From contig NC_087250.1 of the NCBI RefSeq assembly GCF_037042905.1, positions 7,132,001-7,196,000 of the forward strand: 64,000 nt of DNA, in the 5' to 3' direction. Of the stretch, positions 60,475 through 64,000 are shown piece after piece. The first letter of the stretch is position 1. The number at the start of each line of letters is the position of its first letter. A model generated the notes under the pieces. That model ran no database searches, had not been told where the DNA came from, and worked only from the letters and a program-made list of their open reading frames with translations. The DNA comes from Lytechinus pictus. Taxonomy: Eukaryota. Position numbers and translations under genes: made by a program.

Positions 60475-61503
60475 AAATTGGCATAGATATTTACATGCAC
60501 TTTCTTACAGTTTGAAAGAATCAAATATAGATCCTAAAAAGTCAAGTTAACAGAAATAGACAAATTTTCATGGGAAAATAGTGATTCAATGTTTATATCA
60601 CTCTGTCTGAAATCTTAAGAGTGAATGTTTAAAATGCTTTTTATTCAGGAATGACACAATATGTTGCACTATATGCAGTGCTGTCAGGCGCGGATCCAGG
60701 GGGGCACAGGGCGCATGTGTCCCCCATTTTGAGAAGCAAAATTACACTTCGTAAACTTTGAAGACCTTTTTTTTTGTTTTTTTCTTTTTTTTTGCCTGTT
60801 AAATTTGCCCCCCCCCTTTTTATAAATAAGGGTGAAATACAATGATTATCATACAGTCTAAAACTGTCGCAGAATTATATTTTCTTAAGGTGAACATTTT
60901 TACTTGCTCACAAAGACATATTTCTATCTCTATCTCTCTCTCTCTATATATATTTCATATTTATATTTATTCATATACTTGATTAGTAACTTTGTGTCTC
61001 ACTGTAATTGTCCATATATAGTGTTTGTTTGTAAAATTGAGAATGATCCAATATGTGTGGATTTTGATCAATAAATTTTGAAACTAGACATTTTGCGCAA
61101 AACGCCATGTTCTGCCCCATCATTTTTTTTTTACACTGCGACAAATCTTTTTACCCCCCACTATTTCTTCTTAGAGCACAATGAATCCTTGATCATGATT
61201 ATTATTGTGCAGTTCACAATTGACGGACCAACAGCATGATTTAAGTTCCTTATAAATGTTCTAATGGCATAATGACTCTTTTTGTATAGTGCACAATAGA
61301 CATGACTGAACGGTTTGAAGAGTTGAAGTTTCTTCTTATGGCAAAAATATGAATCTGTTAGTCTTGTGTAGTGATCCATATTACAACCAAAAACGTGACT
61401 GAACAATAATTTAAGTTTCTTCAATGGCTTAAAATCTTTTAATGTGTAGTGCACAATAGACCAACTTTATGACTGAATGATTGAAGTTCCTTATGAATAG
61501 CTT

Positions 61504-61919
61504 AAGGCGACCGCACACCTTACGATTGGTCTCCGACCCGATTTCAGAATAAAATGTATAGAATTTGATGCTAATATTGAGACTTGGAATATCCTACTGT
61601 GTAATGTTCTAAATCATCGTACGAATACCTATATTCAAATCTGTGACTATGCTATCATCCTTCTTAGAATAAAAGCGAATTTAATATCTAGTCGTAATGA
61701 CGTCATAGCAGTCGTACGATTGGCTACGATTTGAAACTTATTTGGCCTTTACTCCAAAATAAAGGTTTGCAATCTTTCAAAATGGTTATATTAGTATTCT
61801 TTCAATTAATTCTAACCTAAAATAAAATGATATGTTCCATTCACATTTTTAGAAAATGAGCAAAATGCGATTTTTTCCAAAATCGGATCGCGAACAGTCG
61901 TAAGGTGTGCGGTGGCCTT
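61504..61919. mobile_element. ~415-bp MITE
   Basis: TIR AAGGC(G/C)ACCGCACACCTTACGA. Confidence 0.78.
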
Positions 61920-62195
61920 TAGAGTTCTAATGAATCTTTTTTTTTTTTGTAGAGTGCACGGTAGACCAAATATAGTGAATGATTGAAGTTTCTTCGTATA
62001 ATATAATGATTTTTTTTTTATTGTGTATGGTGCACAATAGACCAAACACATGACTGAGTGGTTAAAGTTGAATCTTTTATATCACATGTGTAGTGTAGTC
62101 TGCAAACACAGACTCACATTTGACACTTCAACCAATAACAGGTCTAGAGTGAAGACTACATTAGACTCCAAAGACTCTGTCTGTGTAGCTCCAGC

Positions 62196-62412
62196 CAGGG
62201 GCGGATCCAGGATTTCCCAAAAGGGGGGGGGCAAATTTTTAGGAGGCTATTTCAGAAACAATTTGACAAGCAAAAAAAAAAAGGTCTTCAAGTTCAAAAG
62301 AGGGGGCACAGCTGTGTTTTCATGGCATTTTTACATTACAAATTTTTAATTTTGCTTCTCAAAAGGGGGGCACGTGCCCCCTGTGGCCCCCCCCCCCCTG
62401 GATCCGCGCCTG
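62196..62412. mobile_element. hAT-like MITE
   Basis: TIR CAGG(G/C)GCGGATCCAGG; perfect 8-bp TSD GCTCCAGC. Related fragments at ~60686-60820 and ~3430-3505. Confidence 0.85.
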
Positions 62413-64000
62413 GCTCCAGCCACAGTACATAGTGAATCTATATGTAGTCTCACTACTTCAGACTCTGCAGTATGCAGTAAGCGAAAACCAAAGGTCTGTG
62501 CCCGCAGACTATGTGTAGTGCATGATAGACTAAATACATTGAAGATTTGCAGTTTCTTCTCTTGGCAAATGATAGCATAATGCATCTTTTTATTGTCTAG
62601 CACACAATAGTCAAGAGCATGGCTGCAATGTTGTTCGTATCCAGGGGGCTGTTACACAAACAGTCGCAATCGAACACAACTTGGTTGTCAACCAATCACA
62701 AAGCTTGCATTTGGGACTTGCATGTGATTTTACCAGTTAATATGATTGTGGGATGGATTGTTGTGTGTATCCAAGTAACAGGCTTCTGGTATGTTGACTT
62801 AATATGACAGCGACCCGTCAATTATTAACTTTGAAACTTGATCCCGACCTTTGGATTCTAGTCTGTCTAAATGTTAAACACCGTATTGCAAGCGCAATAG
62901 CACACAACTTACTTGTGGGCGACAGGGGAATTCACCCTCATGATAGCCAATTTGCAAACTGGAATGCATTGGGGCAAACATTTTTTTTCTGAAGTTGCCC
63001 CAAAACAATATTCAAGTACATGTACATTTAGAAAATCAATATTAAACAAGAAAATCAAAATACAGTAGAATACTTTATTTCAGCATAATTCCTCATTGAG
63101 CATAAAAAGGTATTCTTGTAATATAGCAAGAAACAGCAACTAAAATTCAAAATCCCCCCCTCAATAAAGCAAGTAATAATAGCCCCTAAAAATTGAAATT
63201 GATTTTTAACCTGAATCTTTCGGTGTATGGGTATTAAAACATGCAAGCTGGGTGGGGTAAAGCAGAATTTTACAGGGAAGTTCACCCTGACAAAAAGTTT
63301 ATTTCAAAAATAGCAGAAAAGATCATTTAAAATATTGGTGAAGGTTTGACGGAAATCCATTAAAAAATTTATTTTTTTTATTAGTGACGTCATATGCGAG
63401 CAGCTTTTCCACATATCGAATGGTAAAAAATTAATGAAATTGACCATTTTCTCAGAAAAGTAATACAGTGTACAATATCTGTGCGCCTGAACACGATTGG
63501 GGTTTCTAATGAACTCTGTATAATGATGCACTACTCTTTCAGAATTCACGTAATATCAATCAGTCATGGCCAATGAACCAAACCATTTTACAATGTAAAG
63601 TGCATTTAGAATAGTTAGGCCTATTGCCAAAAATAGTCTATTTTAACCTTGGTTAATAACAGTTGCCTGTCTGTTGCCATAAGGATGGCCTTCAACAATC
63701 AATTCAACTACAGTTGAACAGGTAGTTGGGATAAGATGAAAATGATTTCTGTGCGGAAATGAAAAATTTCCATCCGATCCATCAGCAATTGTTCATTTAT
63801 GAGCAGGTTTGATCAACTATTCATCCGCCCTATTGTGTAACTTATGAGCCCAAAAAATTTGAGGACATGGTGAATCATGGGGCAATATTTATAAGCTGCG
63901 AGTGAGCAAAGCACGCAAGCAAACATTTTGAAATTTTCTTATAGTTTCATTTTGATAGATTTTGATTTAGTAAATTCAGTATCAATAAGTATCATATTTC

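Overview
AT-rich metazoan genomic DNA. The repeat complement suggests an echinoderm such as a sea urchin (inference only). One minus-strand gene dominates the window. I rebuilt it by hand from splice signals: 27 coding exons from 55003 down to 8484, 2687 nt in one uninterrupted frame (about 895 aa). It encodes a signal peptide, a Tyr/Gly-rich N-terminus with two Cys, and about 31 extracellular-type leucine-rich repeats (LRRs). No terminal exon was found, so the gene probably continues past position 1. Exons 3-27 are all symmetric phase 2-2. The introns hold non-autonomous DNA transposons (P-like, hAT-like, piggyBac-like, Kolobok-like, Harbinger-like, Mutator-like), tRNA-derived SINEs and microsatellites. 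The most unusual signal is that five different exons have tandem duplications spanning a splice junction. One of these is a young 7 x 91-bp array in which each unit is a whole open LRR module plus a splice donor. Most entries in the supplied ORF track are spurious.
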